A DNA stretch of 64,000 bases from the human T2T-CHM13v2.0 reference genome, Homo sapiens, in NCBI RefSeq assembly GCF_009914755.1, contig NC_060928.1, one strand, 5' to 3'. A program made the translations under genes and the position numbers. The notes under the pieces were generated by a model that did no database searches, had not been told where the DNA came from, and worked only from the letters and a program-made list of their open reading frames with translations. Shown here one piece after another: positions 1 to 14,871 of the stretch. Within the stretch, counting starts at the first letter, position 1. Every line of letters starts with the position of its first letter.

Positions 1-155
1 CTGGCCTCTTTTATAAGGGCACTAATTCCATTCATGAGAGCTCTCACCTCATGACCTAATCACCTTACAGATGCCCTACCTCCCAACACCACTGCACTGG
101 TGATTAAATTTCAACATACGAATTTTCAGGGGGCACAAACATTCAGACCATAGCA
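1..155 (-). mobile_element. MaLR (MLT1-type) LTR fragment, cut by the window edge
   Basis: cttttataagggcactaat...catgacctaatcacc...aacattcagaccatagca. Confidence 0.7.
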
Positions 156-197
156 ATACTTTAGATATAAATCCATAAAACTAACCTAAAACAGAAA

Positions 198-259
198 TGA
201 AATAGCCAAAAAGGCAACAAGCCTTTGAAATAGCCAAAAAGGCAACAAGCCTTTGAAAT
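198..259. repeat. 28-bp tandem duplication
   Basis: tgaaatagccaaaaaggcaacaagcctt x2, perfect. Confidence 0.9.
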
Positions 260-341
260 TTTGCCTTAAGTTCTTATTTAACTCTTTACGTTTATGGACA
301 CTGATGTTCTCATTTATCTTTCATTATTAGTGGCATTGCTG

Positions 342-403
342 TTGAATTCTAAGTTTTTAAAAATGCCTTTATTGAATTCTAAGTTTTTAAAAAGGCCTTT
401 ATT
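342..403. repeat. 30-bp tandem duplication
   Basis: ttgaattctaagtttttaaaaa(t/g)gccttta x2, 1 mismatch. Confidence 0.9.
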
Positions 404-704
404 TTAAATCCAGATATTTATTATCTTATTACTCTGCTGCGTCAACTGTTAAATGTCAATTAAGGTAGTTAGCATACATAAACAAAACTAATTGAGATCA
501 AGTATTAATTGATATTAAGAGCTATCAAAGACTTTTCAAAAAAATTAAGTAGAACAAATTTGGTGAGTCTATTTTTGGAACGCTGCTTAGTTTACATAAG
601 GACTAACATAAGATACATTAACCATACATACTCATTATGGGATATTTCAGTTGCAATTTAATATTTACACTACATTTAGTTAGGCCCCAATACCCTTACA
701 ATTA

Positions 705-1155
<451 letters not shown>

Positions 1156-2229
1156 TGATAAGCCCTTGTGAATGTGCTTGGTTTTCAGCAATTTCTCTTC
1201 TGAGCCTGTATTTTTACCCTTCTCATTCTGGTGCTTGAATTTTTCTCTCACCAAAACCTGGAAACACAGCTTTTACTTCATATTCTTTCTAATTATGTGG
1301 CATGAAGCTGGGCAAGGAACCCTACAGCATGCTTGGAGCTCCAATCCATAGTACGGAGGCACAAGCTTGCTCCAGAGCCTCATTCCTCTTTCAGGTTTCT
1401 GGTAGCAGAGCTCCAATCTGTAATAATACCTTGTTAATGAACTGAAAAATGGTTTTTCCTCTCTTTAATACTGGTCATTTAACACCTTTCCATCGTTTAC
1501 TGAAGAAGAGGAAGGGACAGTCTCAAAATTCCACCTACCCTCTACTCAATCTTCCCCATCTCTAAGTCCACAGAAGCCACAGACACAGGACAAGCTCACA
1601 AGCTAATATAAGCCATTATACTATTTTTTTTCCTCCAAGACTTAAAAAATTGGTGATTTCCAGCCATGTGCTTAGCTTCTCCTACTTAGCTCAGTAAAGT
1701 AATCTTTACTTAAAATTATATATGAAATAGAAAATTATTTAATATTTTCATATAGTGTTAATACAATTTGATTTCAGTATATACAAAAACAGCGGGTCAC
1801 TTTTGGAATTGATGAACCTTTTAATTATGATACATTACATATATTTTAAACAAACATTTGCCATTATGACAGGTGACATAGACACATTTATCTATAAAGC
1901 ATTAATTTTAAAAAGAAAATTGTTGGATGCTTGAGAAGTAGGAATTTTATGTGTCAATGATGTCCTTTTGTTTTCCATTAAAGGGAACCTGCTGTATGTA
2001 TAAAAACATTTTTGAGTCTCTGTTTCTAAATAGTGTTTTCTCAGTTAGTTTTGAAAATCACAGTCTCAAAGGCTAGCATTATTCAAAGGATAAAAATTAA
2101 ACTTGGTATTATTGAATGTAGTTTAGTGATATGCAGTAGGGGCTCAAAATAGCAGTGGCTTACACAGATAGAAGTTCTTTCTTATCTGAGTGAAGCATGA
2201 AGAATTGCACTCATCCTTCACTCACATGG

Positions 2230-2611
2230 TGATATGGTTTGGCTCTGTGTCCCCACCCAAAAATCTCATATTGACTTGTAATCCCCATAATCCACATGTG
2301 TCAAGGGAGGAACCCGGTAGGAGGTGACTGGATCTTGGGGTTAGCTTTCCCATGCTGTTCTCATGATAGTGAGTGAGTTCTCACAAGATCTGATAGTTTT
2401 ATAAGGGGCTCTTCCCTCTTCACTACTCACACTTCTCTCTCCTGCCACCATGTGAAGAAGGTCCTTGCTTCCTCTTCACCTTCCACTATGATTGTAAGTT
2501 TCCTGTGGCCTCCCCAGCCATGTGGAACTGTGAGTCAATTAAACTGCTTTCCTTTATAAATTACCCAGTCTCAGATATTTCTTTATAGCAGTGTGAGAAC
2601 AGACTAATATA
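2230..2611 (+). mobile_element. Solo THE1/MST (MaLR) LTR
   Basis: tgatatggtttggctctgtgtccccaccca...cagactaata; 5-bp TSD CATGG at 2225-2229 and 2612-2616. Confidence 0.9.
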
Positions 2612-2834
2612 CATGGCCACCCCTGGCAGCACGAGGATGAGAAATGAAGACTTTATTCAGGATGGCCAGATGCGCAGTTAACTGAGAGAGTACTGGAGAA
2701 TGGTTGTTGAAGCTTTCAGTTGGTCATAATCACACATTGTAAAACACTTTCTCAGGTAAAATTTAATATAGGAACTAGCAGAGGCACTAACCTTTTGAGT
2801 TTTCATGGAACTAGGCTTCTTCACTGTTGTATTT

Positions 2835-2975
2835 ACATACACTACATATACATACACACATATATAGTATGTATACATATGTGTGTATATACATTGTATA
2901 TATATTGTACATATATACATATGTACAAATGGTACAGCATATACACATATATGTGTATATATAATTTATATATTT
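2835..2975. repeat. Degenerate (TA/CA/TG)n low-complexity tract
   Basis: Alternating purine-pyrimidine runs. Confidence 0.8.
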
Positions 2976-3237
2976 AATTGTTTAATACTTTTTATTAAAC
3001 ATTTTTATTAAATGTTTTATTAAAAATTAAACATTAATATGTTAAATTTTATTGGCATTTAAGATAACCTAAATAGCATTTTATTGATATTACTATTAAA
3101 TAGACGCAAACTATTGTCAGCAGAATTATTAAGATAAGTTGGGTGATTTTCCCCTTGAGGGACTGAATATACAAACTGACTCTATACGACAACAGAATTG
3201 TCACACACAATGTCTGTAGCAACTAGTTGGAGAAACT

Positions 3238-3605
3238 ATCTTAGTCCCTTTGGGCTGCTATAACAAAATACCATCAACTGTGTAGACTGAAAAAAAGAAA
3301 ACTAGAAATTTATTTATCATAGTGTTGATGACTGGGAAAACCAAGATCCAGGTGCTGGCAGATTTAGTGCCTGGTGACGGCCTGCTTCCTGGTTCACAAA
3401 TGGAGCCTTCTCACTGTGTCCTCACATGGTAGAAAAGACAAACGAGCTCCCTTGGGCCTATTTTATCAGAAAACTAATCCCATTCTGTGGAGGTGTTATG
3501 ACCTAATCACCTCCCAAATGGCCCTACCTCCTAAAACCATTAACTTGAGAGTTAGAATTTCAATATATGAATTTGGAGGAGACACAGACATTCAAACCAC
3601 AGCAG
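3238..3605 (-). mobile_element. MLT1-type MaLR LTR
   Basis: tcttagtccctttgggctgctataacaaaatacca...gacattcaaaccacagca. Confidence 0.8.
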
Positions 3606-4351
3606 GAGCTATACCACAACCTCTGCAGCAACAGCTCAGTATGGTCACAACTCGGTCAATGACTGCTTACTTCCCTATTTTTTGCATCAGGACAACTTTC
3701 AATTCAGGATCAACCAGAGAAAGCCAAATATACTTCCCAAACCAGTCATCCTAGATGTCTTATTTTTATTTAGCCTGCCTCCAGTTCCTCTATGTGAATG
3801 AGCTCTACTCAGAGCACAATACTATAAAGCTTTTCCAGTTCCCACTCTACCACTGTCCTACTTTGCCAAGAGCAAGTGACGATAGCTAAGTCCCTCAATA
3901 TAACAAGTTCTGAATAAATAGCACCTGTTTGTTCTTGTTTGGGTGACCTTCATTTATTTCCACGATCTCAATAAGCTACCATCCTTGAGCTACAGGTTTC
4001 ATCTTTTACTTTTATGCAATTTAGTCTAATTAATCTGCCATATCACACATTGACTGTATAATACTATGTAAGCCACTCTATCTTCTATGTCTGTTTCTCT
4101 GCAAAATGGAGACAAATATTACCCCCTTCACAAGGGCTAATGTGAGGGCCAATGAGTCAAAACATAAAAAACTTGAAACACTACATGCAACTAATAAACT
4201 TTAGTTATGATTATCATTATCATCACTATCATCATCAAAATACAAATCTTCTTTCATCTAAATTGTATCTGAGTACCTGGGATCTCTGTGAGTCCAAAAT
4301 CAGGGTTCAATGATAAATATATGTTTTATTTTTCACCCTGAAGATTGTATA

Positions 4352-4377
<26 letters not shown>
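4352..4377. repeat. (GT)13 microsatellite
   Basis: Read directly. Confidence 0.95.
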
Positions 4378-4382
<5 letters not shown>

Positions 4383-4861
4383 TAGCTGAAATTTGTTAAA
4401 TTTAAAAGATGATGAATTTGTTGAAAGTATACTTCTTTGTCTTTCTATAATATGTGTATATATTCTTGTGGTGACCATGAAGCTATGACACTCAGATCTA
4501 CTATGGCAGCCCCAGCTGTAGCCCCTCTGGATCCACCTCCCCATCCCTCCATCCTCTCATCCCTACTCCCCACTTACTCCATATTTGTGCTTAGGGCCAA
4601 CTTTTCTCAGGCTACTCCCAGCAGGCAGTGGTACTAGTGCAGGAACACTCTCATGGAATATACTACTCATCTAATGAGCAACTTTGGCTTAAAGATGCCC
4701 CATCAGCCCAGCCAAAACTTTCTCAGAGCTCTGCTACAAACTGAAATTCTTCTTTCATAATCCTCCATCCTTCCCTTGTCTTTACAAATGTTAGTTCTGC
4801 CTCTCTGTCTCAAGTCACTCCCTCCTTACTCATGCTTCCTCCCTTTATTTTTATTCATGTA

Positions 4862-5158
4862 TTTTTTTTTTTTTTTTTGAGATGGAGTCTCGCTCTATTG
4901 CCCAGGCTGGAGTGCAGTGGTGCGATCTTGGCTCATTACAAGCTCTGCCTCCTGGGTTCATGCCATTCTCCTGCCTCAGCCTCCCGAGTAGCTGGGACTA
5001 CAGTCACCCGCCACCACGCCTGGCTAATTTTTTGTATTTTTAGTAGAGATGGGGTTTCACTGTGTTAGCCAGGATGGTCTCGATCTCCTGACCTTGTGAT
5101 CCACCCACCTCGGCCTCCCAAAGTTCTGGGATTTCAGGCATAAGCCACTATGCCTGGC
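4862..5158 (-). mobile_element. AluY-like element
   Basis: Poly-T, gagatggagtctcgct, gccattctcctgcc, ttagccaggatggtctcgatc. Confidence 0.9.
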
Positions 5159-7176
5159 CCCTTTATTCTTCACAGTTAGTCCCTCCAGTAAATATCTCGC
5201 ATGCTTGACCCTGTCTTGGTGTCTGTTTCTGTGGGGACACAAACACAATATGTAAATAAAACACAAAATAGCTAAATTATATTATTGCAATCTCTACCAT
5301 AGGTTCTGGTTTAGAATCAAAGTGCATAAGATATACTCGTTATATAAAGGTAATTGCAGGTCCATAAGTAACTTCATTGTGAGTTCAATTATAAATCTAG
5401 AATTAAAATTCAGTTTACTTCCAGATATCATGATTCACCAATTCTTATTACTGAAAGAACTGTAATAAAAGAAAATTCAGTGATAAGGAATTTAGGTTTG
5501 AAATGTTCAGCAAGCTGTGACAAAAATGACAAGCAAGAGCAAGCTGCAAAGCTTACAGTCTTACACAGTTCTTACTGTCAAGGTCTCTGTTCTGTAATTC
5601 CTGATTCTCTTACAAAATAATAAGTGGAAAATTCCATTGACTTAACATTCTTCTCTTTTGTGTCTGAAAGCGAGACTTACAAAATCTCCACTTCTTTCCA
5701 CTAATGAAGACCCTGAAGTGGCCTATATTGATAGGGCAAAACCAAAAGTGCACTCTTTTTCAGAACACAACTCAGTGGGCCTTCTGACCAGTGACAGAGT
5801 TACAGGGCTTCCTCCTTACATGCGTTCTGGAGCACTTACCATTCAGAGAAGATTAAGTTCAACACCAGGTACTTTGAGATGAATCAGAAACTAAAAAAAG
5901 TTTCTTTGAATTTATAAGATACTAAGTCCATACCATCTTTCATAATGAGTTATTATAGAATAATAATTATATACCTACAAGTGTTAAGAATCAAATTTTC
6001 AAAAGGCCAAAATTAATCTCCAGCTCTCAAAAAAACATACTTCAAATACATTTTAACTGAATAACTCAATTTCAAGTGCAACTGGGCTTAGAATTGGCAA
6101 CTTGGATAAAAATTGAACCATGAATGAAAATTAAAAGGATCATAATGCTTGAATGGGAACATTAATAGATTTTTCTATCAAAGATAGTTTACTTTTCTGC
6201 AACATAAATAGACCATAAACATATGCTAGAGATTCCAGTCAATTCTTTGCACTAATTTACTCTTCTTTCTAAGAGAGCCTCCATTCTCGGTTGCTGCTCA
6301 AGAGGTGGCCTAGGTAGCCATGTTTATATCTAGTGGCCTGATCCCTATTCATACCTAACGAATCTGGGATTGGCACCTGACCTAAACTGAACTGATCTGT
6401 CTCTGGACCTTGAGATTTGTAATTGAAACACTGGTTGTTATCTATGAGGTACTATAATGCACAGCCAGTTGGAGTTGGAACAGACTAAACACAATGCACT
6501 TACTTAGAAGCAGAGAAACCAAGAGAAAGCAAAGAAAGCTATTCTGGAGAGATGCAGAATGACAAAAATATATGCTGCAGTGGTTACCAGCTTGCATATG
6601 GGTTGAATTTCAGTTCTTTTACTTAGTGTAAAATAAAGACAAATTAACTAGTAGGTTACTTACAAGTCCAAATGAGAATTATTTACAATAAAACTAAAAC
6701 AATAGCACATAGGGGAAAACATGGGCTTAAATAGAAAATCATGAACTGTCTTGACTCCAGAAGACAGACTTTTGGGTTTTCTGACTCTATGTGAGCTATT
6801 TTACAACTCTGTAAATTGTAAATAACTTATACAAGTGCAAAATAATTCTCGTCTGTACATACGCAAGTGTTGTCCTATGCATTAGAAGGTAAACTGACTT
6901 CCTTCCCCTAGTGTGGAAGAAGATAATTTTACCTCCACTTCCACATTAATTTCAACTTTTCTTTACCCAATATAAATTTGTTTTTCCATTTTTAATCTTT
7001 AAACTGTTGTTAACACCTCACTAACTTCCGTATTAGTGAGTTAAATAAAATCTTTAACAAGTGTTCTTTTTTATGTATGTATGAGAATCATGCTTTTACT
7101 TTTTTAAAAAATTTCTTTTAACAGTTTTGGGAGTTTTCCACAAACATGTCCACTGGATTCACTTAACAAGACCAGG

Positions 7177-7541
7177 TGTATTAGTCTGTTTTCACACTGC
7201 TATAAAGAAATACCGGAGACTGGGTAATTTATAAAGGAAAGGTTTAATTGACTCACAGTTCTGAATGGCTGGAGAGGCCTCATGAAACTTACAATCATGG
7301 TGGAACAGGAAAAGGCACATCTTACATGGCAGCAGGTGAGAGAGAGAGGAGCGAAGGGGAAAGAGCCCCTTATAAAAACCATCAGGTCTTGTGAGAACTC
7401 ACTTGCTATCACAAGAACAGCATGGGGGAACTGCCCCCATGTGCCAGTCACCTCCCACCAGGTCTCTCCCTAGACATGAAGGGATTATGGGGATTACAAT
7501 TCAAGAGCAGATTTGGGTGGGGATACAGCCAAACCATATCA
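7177..7541 (-). mobile_element. Solo THE1/MST (MaLR) LTR
   Basis: tgtattagtctgttttcacactgct...cagccaaaccatatca; 5-bp TSD CCAGG at 7172-7176 and 7542-7546. Confidence 0.9.
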
Positions 7542-8599
7542 CCAGGTAAACTGTCACCAGAGAAGTGCATCTCATGGGTAGTTTAAGCCCAGCATGTCTT
7601 GGCTTCCAGAAGTAAATCCAAAGCAGCAATATAAATTTGCTGATGATGTTTTTCTATTTTTAGTTTTCTTCTCTACTAATTTTATGGGTTTTTTTTGTTC
7701 TTTTGCAGCTGATAAGTTATTTCCCATTAGTGGCAGCAATAACTGGCAATTTGATTTTTATGATCTGACCATTTGATTTCTGTAGAAGAATTTGTGGCTA
7801 ATAAAGATCTATTCTCTGCTGAGTGAGAGACAACAAAGTGTTGGATTTGTTAGTCTTTTGGTTTGTCAATTTATCTATTTAGGGCTTAAATCAATTAAGA
7901 ATTTCCTGTCTATCAGGAAGAACAGCTCTTTAGTATCTGAACTGGAAAGTTATTTTGATATTGTATTTACTCTTGACCAATGGCTGAAATTTTAGAATTA
8001 AAACTCTAAGTGCTATCTATCTCTGTCTATATACGTGTCTATAATTCAGAAAAAATTTTACTTTCCTTTTGTGAGTGCGTAATGTTTTCCATCTCAGGAT
8101 GTAATCAATAAGTTCAATTACAAACTCTTAAAGGGGCCTGTTCTGATTGACTAATAAAGATACTTACATGGATTGAGTATTCCAAAAATTCCCAGAAAAT
8201 AATAAACTTCTAATAATTTAAACGTGCTAAAATCTAAAAGAAAAGTATTCTTACTGAAACTAACAAGTAGAGAAGCCATGTTCACAAAGTGTAGGTGAAT
8301 CTTTGGCAAACAAGACTAATTTAATATTTTTGTTTTAATAAAATCATCTATGTCTTATCTAATTTATCAATATTAAGTATAATAAAATCCTATAATAATT
8401 TTAGTTGGGAATGTTTTTCCTAAATTTATACTGATTTATTGATCAAATAAACTAGCATTACTTCCACTTTATGGTTAAAGATTATGAAAAATATAAATTT
8501 GTATTTGGCCAAATTGGTTCATTATTCTGATTTTCAACAAAAGTTTTATGTCAGTTTGAAGAGAATTTCAGTGATCTCTATTTTTCCTTTTCAGCACTG

Positions 8600-10395
8600 T
8601 GTTGAATATGAATGTTATAAGCAGAAAACCTTCCCTGTTTCAGATCTTAGAGGGAGAGGATTCAATCTCACTAAGTATAATGTTTGCTGTAGGTATTTTG
8701 CTGATGCTCTGTATTAAGAGGAGGAAGTTCCACTCTATTTGTTTTCTCTTTTTTTTTTTTTTTCTGAGAGTTTTGTTCTAAATGGGTGTTGGAATTTTGT
8801 CAAATGCTTTTTCCTCATCAGTCAATATAATCATGTGAGTTTTCTTCTCTAGCCTGTTGATATGGCAGACAACATTGACTAATACTCAAATATTGAATCA
8901 GTGTTGAATATCTGGAATAAATCACATTTGATCAGGGTGCATAATTCTTTTTACACATTGTTTAATTGTATCTGATAATATTTTGTTAAGGATTTGTCTG
9001 TATTCATCAGTGATACTGGTCTGTCATTTTCTTTCTTATGTAGTGTCTGTCTGATTTGGTATTAGAGATAAAGCACCTTCATAAAATGAATTACAAAGTG
9101 TATCATCCTCTTCTATTATCTGCAGGAGATAGTATGGAATTGGTATTAATTCATCTTTAAATATTTGGTAGAATTTTTCATTGAAACCATCTGTGCCTGA
9201 AGATTTCTTCTTTGGGAGTTTTTAATTTATCAATTTAATTTCCTAAATAGTTACAGTGCTATTCATATGATCTTTTTATACTGTTTAAGTGGCTTGAATT
9301 TTTCAAGGAAGTGGTTTTAAGTTGTCAAATTTATGTGTGTCGTACTCCTTACTACCCTTTTGATGTTTTCAAGGTCTACAATGATAGGTCCTGTTTTATT
9401 CCTGATATTAGTGATTTGAGCTTTGTTTCTTCCTTCCTTCTTACCCTCTCTTTTTTTCCTTTCTTCCTTTCTTGTCAGACTTCCTAGAGGTTTGCCAATT
9501 TTACGTATCTTTTCAAAGAACCAGTTTTTGCTTTTTATTTTCCGTATTTAATTTTATTGACTCCTGCTCTTACCTTTATTATTTCCTTCCTTTTGTTTAC
9601 TTTGGATTTATCCTTGCTCTGCTTTTTTTAGTTTTTTGAGGTGAAAGCTTACATTTGAGACTATTCTCTTTTCTGAATGTAAGCATTTAGTGTATAATTT
9701 CCCTCTAAGCACTGTTTTAGCTGTGTTCCACAAATTTTAATATATTGTATTTTTATTCTGTTCAATGTACTTTTTGATTTCTCTTGAGACCTCTCTTTGA
9801 CCCATGGATTATTTAGAAGCACGTCATTTAGTTTGAATATATCCCTGGTAACATTTTGTTACTGATTTCTGGTTTGACTCCATTGTGGTTAAAAAACATA
9901 CTCTGTATGATTTCACATCTTTTAAATTTGTTAAGGTTTATGGTCTATCTTGCTATATTTTCTGTGGGTTCTTGAAAAGAATGTGTATAGTCCTACTTTT
10001 GTAGAAGAAAAAAATATGTGCAGTGTTGTATAAATGTCAATTAGATCCTATTGGCTGTTGTTAAGTTCTTCTATACCCTTGCTGGTTTTCTGCCTAGTTG
10101 TAGTATCAGTTGTTGAGAGATGCTGTAGTCTCCACATATAATTGTGGATTTGTTATTTCTAATTTCAGTTCTGTCACCTTTTGCTTCACATATTTTGCAG
10201 CTCTGTTGTTTGGTACATATACATTTAAAATTGCTATGTCTTCTGGGTTGACACTTTCATCATTATATAATGTCCCTCTTTGTCTCATAATTTTCTTTGC
10301 TCTGAAGTCTACTTTATCTGATAATGATATAGCCACTCCTGTTTTCTTTTTGCTATTGTTTTAATGATATATATTTTCCATCTTTTTACTTTCAA
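8600..10395 (-). mobile_element. Old LINE-1 (L1M) ORF2 fragment, endonuclease to RT region
   Basis: Minus ORF 10106-10336 (ISLSDKVDFRAKKI...AILNVYVPNNRAAKYVKQK) resembles the L1 ORF2 endonuclease; T-rich plus strand. Confidence 0.8.
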
Positions 10396-12334
10396 TATTT
10401 TGAGCAAAAGACTGCCTAATTTCCTTTGTCTGAAGTTCCTTTTAATAAATGAGATAAAAACTAAATAAAAAAACTCTAATTTCTTAATTGAAGCTTTGTA
10501 GTTTATTATTTCAAAAATGTTTCAAAGATGGTGGTTAAAATTTAACTTTGGATCATAATATTTGAGTTCCTAGAAATACTTTACCTAGAACCAGCCCAAC
10601 AAAAAAGAAATTATTTTTTCATGAGCAGGAAGAAATGCAGAGAAAACCTGAAAAACTTTGACTACATAAACATATGCATATATACCGAGCAGACACAAAG
10701 TCTCCCACTATTTAGTTGGTGACTAAATATGAGGGGAATGAAGGGAATATATCCTTACCTGTTTATTAACAGTACAGTTAATGTTTCTCTTTAACTGAAA
10801 TCTCTGTACATTGACAAATGACCTATGTGGGAGAACTCTAAAAAAGATACATACAACATGTAATCATTGGTATCTGGTGTTGGAAATACCCATTCTTAGA
10901 TACAAACTCAATACAGTTTTATTGTCTTGCAGTAATCAGACTTTATTTTCTTAAGCTTTGACAAAATGAGTTGCAATGAAGAGAGGTGTTGCATTTCTTC
11001 TTTGTCCTTGAGAAAACTTTAACTCCTTTCTGTTACCATTCAAGGACACAATGCTGAGAGAGCCCTGGCTCTTCGGCACATTTTTGTCCTCTGGCAACAT
11101 CTCTTTGTTCCATTGTATTTCTGTACTGTACTTGCTGTTCTAGCACATTAAATCTAACAGAGGAAATTTTAGGTGTAAACTATGTATATACATATTGGAG
11201 ATAGAACACTAACATTATTTTACACTGTAGCATTCTGTTGCTGGGAATACGACTAAAGCTCTAATCCTTTCTGGTGTTTTCTTGCTACCAAACCCCTTAC
11301 CCTCCTCCTTCTTTGGTTCCTCTTCTTTCAACTAGACTCTAAACCTTAGGCTTATGATTCTCAAGGATAAGACTAACACTTGAACCCAGAACTCACTATA
11401 TGTCAGGCACTGTATCATGTACCTTATACTGTCTCATTTAATTTTTATGACATCATAATATTATCTCAAAATAAAGCTAGGAAAATATAATAATAAAAAG
11501 ATGAGAAAATTGATTTCAAAGAGGTTAGATAACTTGTCTGCATTCACACAGCTACTAAGTTCCAGAGCCTGCACTGGAATCTAGGCTTGCCTGCTCCCCA
11601 ACCCACTCTTTTACCAACACATGAATTCTGTATTATGTGATCAATTCAACAACTAGCTGCTAGTTTTAGCCTTTTAGCAGGATTTTGTGATTTGGCCACC
11701 ATATTAGTATTGCTATCTGCCTGAGGAACACAGCTAATGTCCCTGTAGCTGTTTCTAGGCTTCATGTCTTTTCTGTAGCTCTTCTCTGCTTTTCCTTTCT
11801 GGTTCTAAACTCTGCCAAAAATCTTTTTCTCTGTCACTTATGCTAGATAACTGAGTTCGAGCATTCTGTGTCCTCTTGCTAGTTTCCATCTTTTCTCTAT
11901 AATTTTCCCCCGAATGATTCTAATACAGCTTTCATATGATCATATGAGAAACTCACATGTAAATGCACATGTTAAAAGACAATCGCCATTTTGGAGGCAA
12001 TTTTTATTTATTTATGTGCATTGTTTTCCTTGCTATTTATTGCTTTCCTTAAATAGTTATCAGACTTAAGATCCTTTCATTTATATACCTACATATAACT
12101 TTAGGGTTTCCAGACCAAGACCCAAGATTTCTACCTAAGACTATAAAAAGTGAAGAAACATTTCGAATGCTAAATTAATGTTTTAGTCTATTTAATGTAA
12201 ATATAAAAATATTATTCATCAAGTATTTATTAAGTATGTGTCAGGTTCCACCCTAGACACCACTTTCTTACCCTTCCACATAATTTTTTTTCGGTGAAAG
12301 AACATTTTTTAAAATTAAAAATAAGCTTTCTAAA

Positions 12335-12645
12335 AATGGGGAGATGTTGGTCAAAGGATACAAAGTTTTGGTTATACAAGATGAATAATTTCTGGAGATG
12401 TAATGCACAGCATGGTAACTATTGTTAATAATACTGTTTGCATAGTTGAAATTTGTTGAGAGTAAATCTTAAATGTTCTCACCATGCTGGCAGGCAGTAA
12501 ATATAAGAGGTGATGTATATGCTTATTAGCTTGATTGCGGTAATCATTTCACAACGTGTTTATATATCAAAACATCACATTGTATGCCTTAAATATATAC
12601 AATTTTGTGAATTATACCTCAGTAAAGCTGAAATTTTTTTAAAAA
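12335..12645 (+). mobile_element. L1MA-type 3' end
   Basis: ggggagatgttggtcaaaggatacaaag...cttgattgcggtaatcatttcaca...tatacctcagtaaagctg. Confidence 0.75.
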
Positions 12646-12679
12646 AAGTTTTCTTAATACAATAATAGGCAAATTCGGC

Positions 12680-12995
<316 letters not shown>

Positions 12996-13106
12996 CCAGC
13001 AACGATCAGTTTCAATACTTTTGTAAATATGCTTCCAACTTTTATCTACATTTTTGAACTGTTAAACCAAATTTTTCAGTTAACACTTTATAAATTAACA
13101 TTCTTT

Positions 13107-13417
<311 letters not shown>

Positions 13418-14600
13418 TTAATGGTTGTTAAAGGTTAATAGTTCATTTTCTGGGTGTATGACAGTTTTAAACACCTAACTTTTAATACTGGATTCAGCCT
13501 ACTGTTGTTAGCTTTTTGCAGTCATATATGAAGACTATGATGAACATCATTGTAGGTATTCATCTTTGCATATATCCTTAGACATTTCCTTATAGTCTAA
13601 GAACTAGCATTTCTAGTGGAGTGGGGACATTTTTCCAGATGTCCATTTAAGAATTATCATTCCATTAGTTAAAAAATTTGCAGGCTATATATTCAAAGGG
13701 GATCCCTTCTGTTTGGAATTCAACATAACCAGTTAGCTCAAACCTCAACTCTCGAAAAATGTGTCTCCTTTACTCAACAAACATTTAGAGAATACTGAAT
13801 ATGAGGAATAAAAAAAGATAAAAAAGACCCTGTACTGGGCAGGTAATCTACTGTAGTATGCAGATTCGTTATCAAACAGACTACAATGTATTTAAATTTT
13901 GTAGGCGATGAATGCACAAGGCCCTTAAGCTGCATTGAAGGCTGCCTAAGGCAGTATACAAAATCAGTGCTGAATATTTGTTAACACTTAAGGAGAATGT
14001 ACGTTTTAATTTTCATGTTTGATGCTTGGGGAAAAGATTACATCGCACCACCTATCTTCCCCATATATTGATTATTCGTGTTTCTCACTTCCATGGTAGT
14101 GTGCACGTTATTTGCTTAACTTTGGCATATAAATTCAGAAGAAATATCATTTAACTCTGTGCCTAAGGAGGGTATTTAGAAATAACCGACGCAGCTAACA
14201 TGAGAAGGCAAAAAAAAAAAAAAAGAAAAAAGAAAAAAATCACACTAACGGACTTTTTTTTTTTTTCTAACAACAAAAAACCGTGAGACTTCACTTGGGG
14301 TAACCATAACGTCGTCAAGGCTGTGGCGTCACGCCTCTAAGCGGATACGGCAGAAGTTTTGGGGCCAGACACAAGACTTCCAAGTTTGAATGGGCAGCGC
14401 AAAACCCAGACAAGTTTTCCGGTAGTGCCGCCAACCCCTGTCAGGCACAGAAGACACAGCGAGAACCGTGAGCCGTTACGAAAGCCTAAAACACTGAGCT
14501 CGCGTCCTGCCAAGCAGCAGGCGCACAAACCTACACCTCCGAGCGCTCCCTGGAGGTCCCGCCCACTCTTCTCTCCCGAGCCGGCTAGAGATCTGGAAGA

Positions 14601-14681
14601 GGGCGGGCCAAGGGTGAGGAGGGCAGTATGCGCATGCGCGCTCAGGACCCAGTCAGTGAGCCAATAAGGAATCTCGCGAGT
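14601..14681 (+). promoter_or_regulatory. Core housekeeping-promoter motif cluster: GC box, NRF1, CCAAT, TCTCGCGAG palindrome
   Basis: GGGCGG 14601-14606; TGCGCATGCGCG 14629-14640 (NRF1 consensus); CCAAT 14661-14665; TCTCGCGAGT 14672-14681 (9/10 match to the TCTCGCGAGA BANP/ZBTB33-type motif); no TATA box seen. Confidence 0.75.
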
Positions 14682-14871
14682 GTTGAAAGTCGGTGGCGTA
14701 GGTCGTCGTCCTGGATGCTGGCGAGATAGATGTTATCTTCCAGAGGAAGAGGAGGAGGCGGCGAAGCGTTTTCCCAGCCTCAGTCTCTCTTTCGTTTTCC
14801 TTTTCCCTTCCCCCAACCCTCCGCCCTTCTCTAAATCAGCCGGCCTTCCTTGACCTCAGTGACCCGTCTGG

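Noticed and set aside
198-403. ~30-bp direct repeats as a CRISPR-like array
   Set aside because: Only two adjacent copies each, no spacers, no cas genes, mammalian context.
2678-2977. Tyr/Ile-rich ORFs on both strands
   Set aside because: Translation of a TA/CA low-complexity tract.
2230-7541. Two THE1/MST LTRs as the ends of one provirus
   Set aside because: Opposite orientations, and each has its own 5-bp TSD, so they are independent solo LTRs.
7550-8560. Possible ERV internal fragment around the second THE1/MST LTR
   Set aside because: The composition is suggestive, but I could not identify diagnostic motifs without RepeatMasker.
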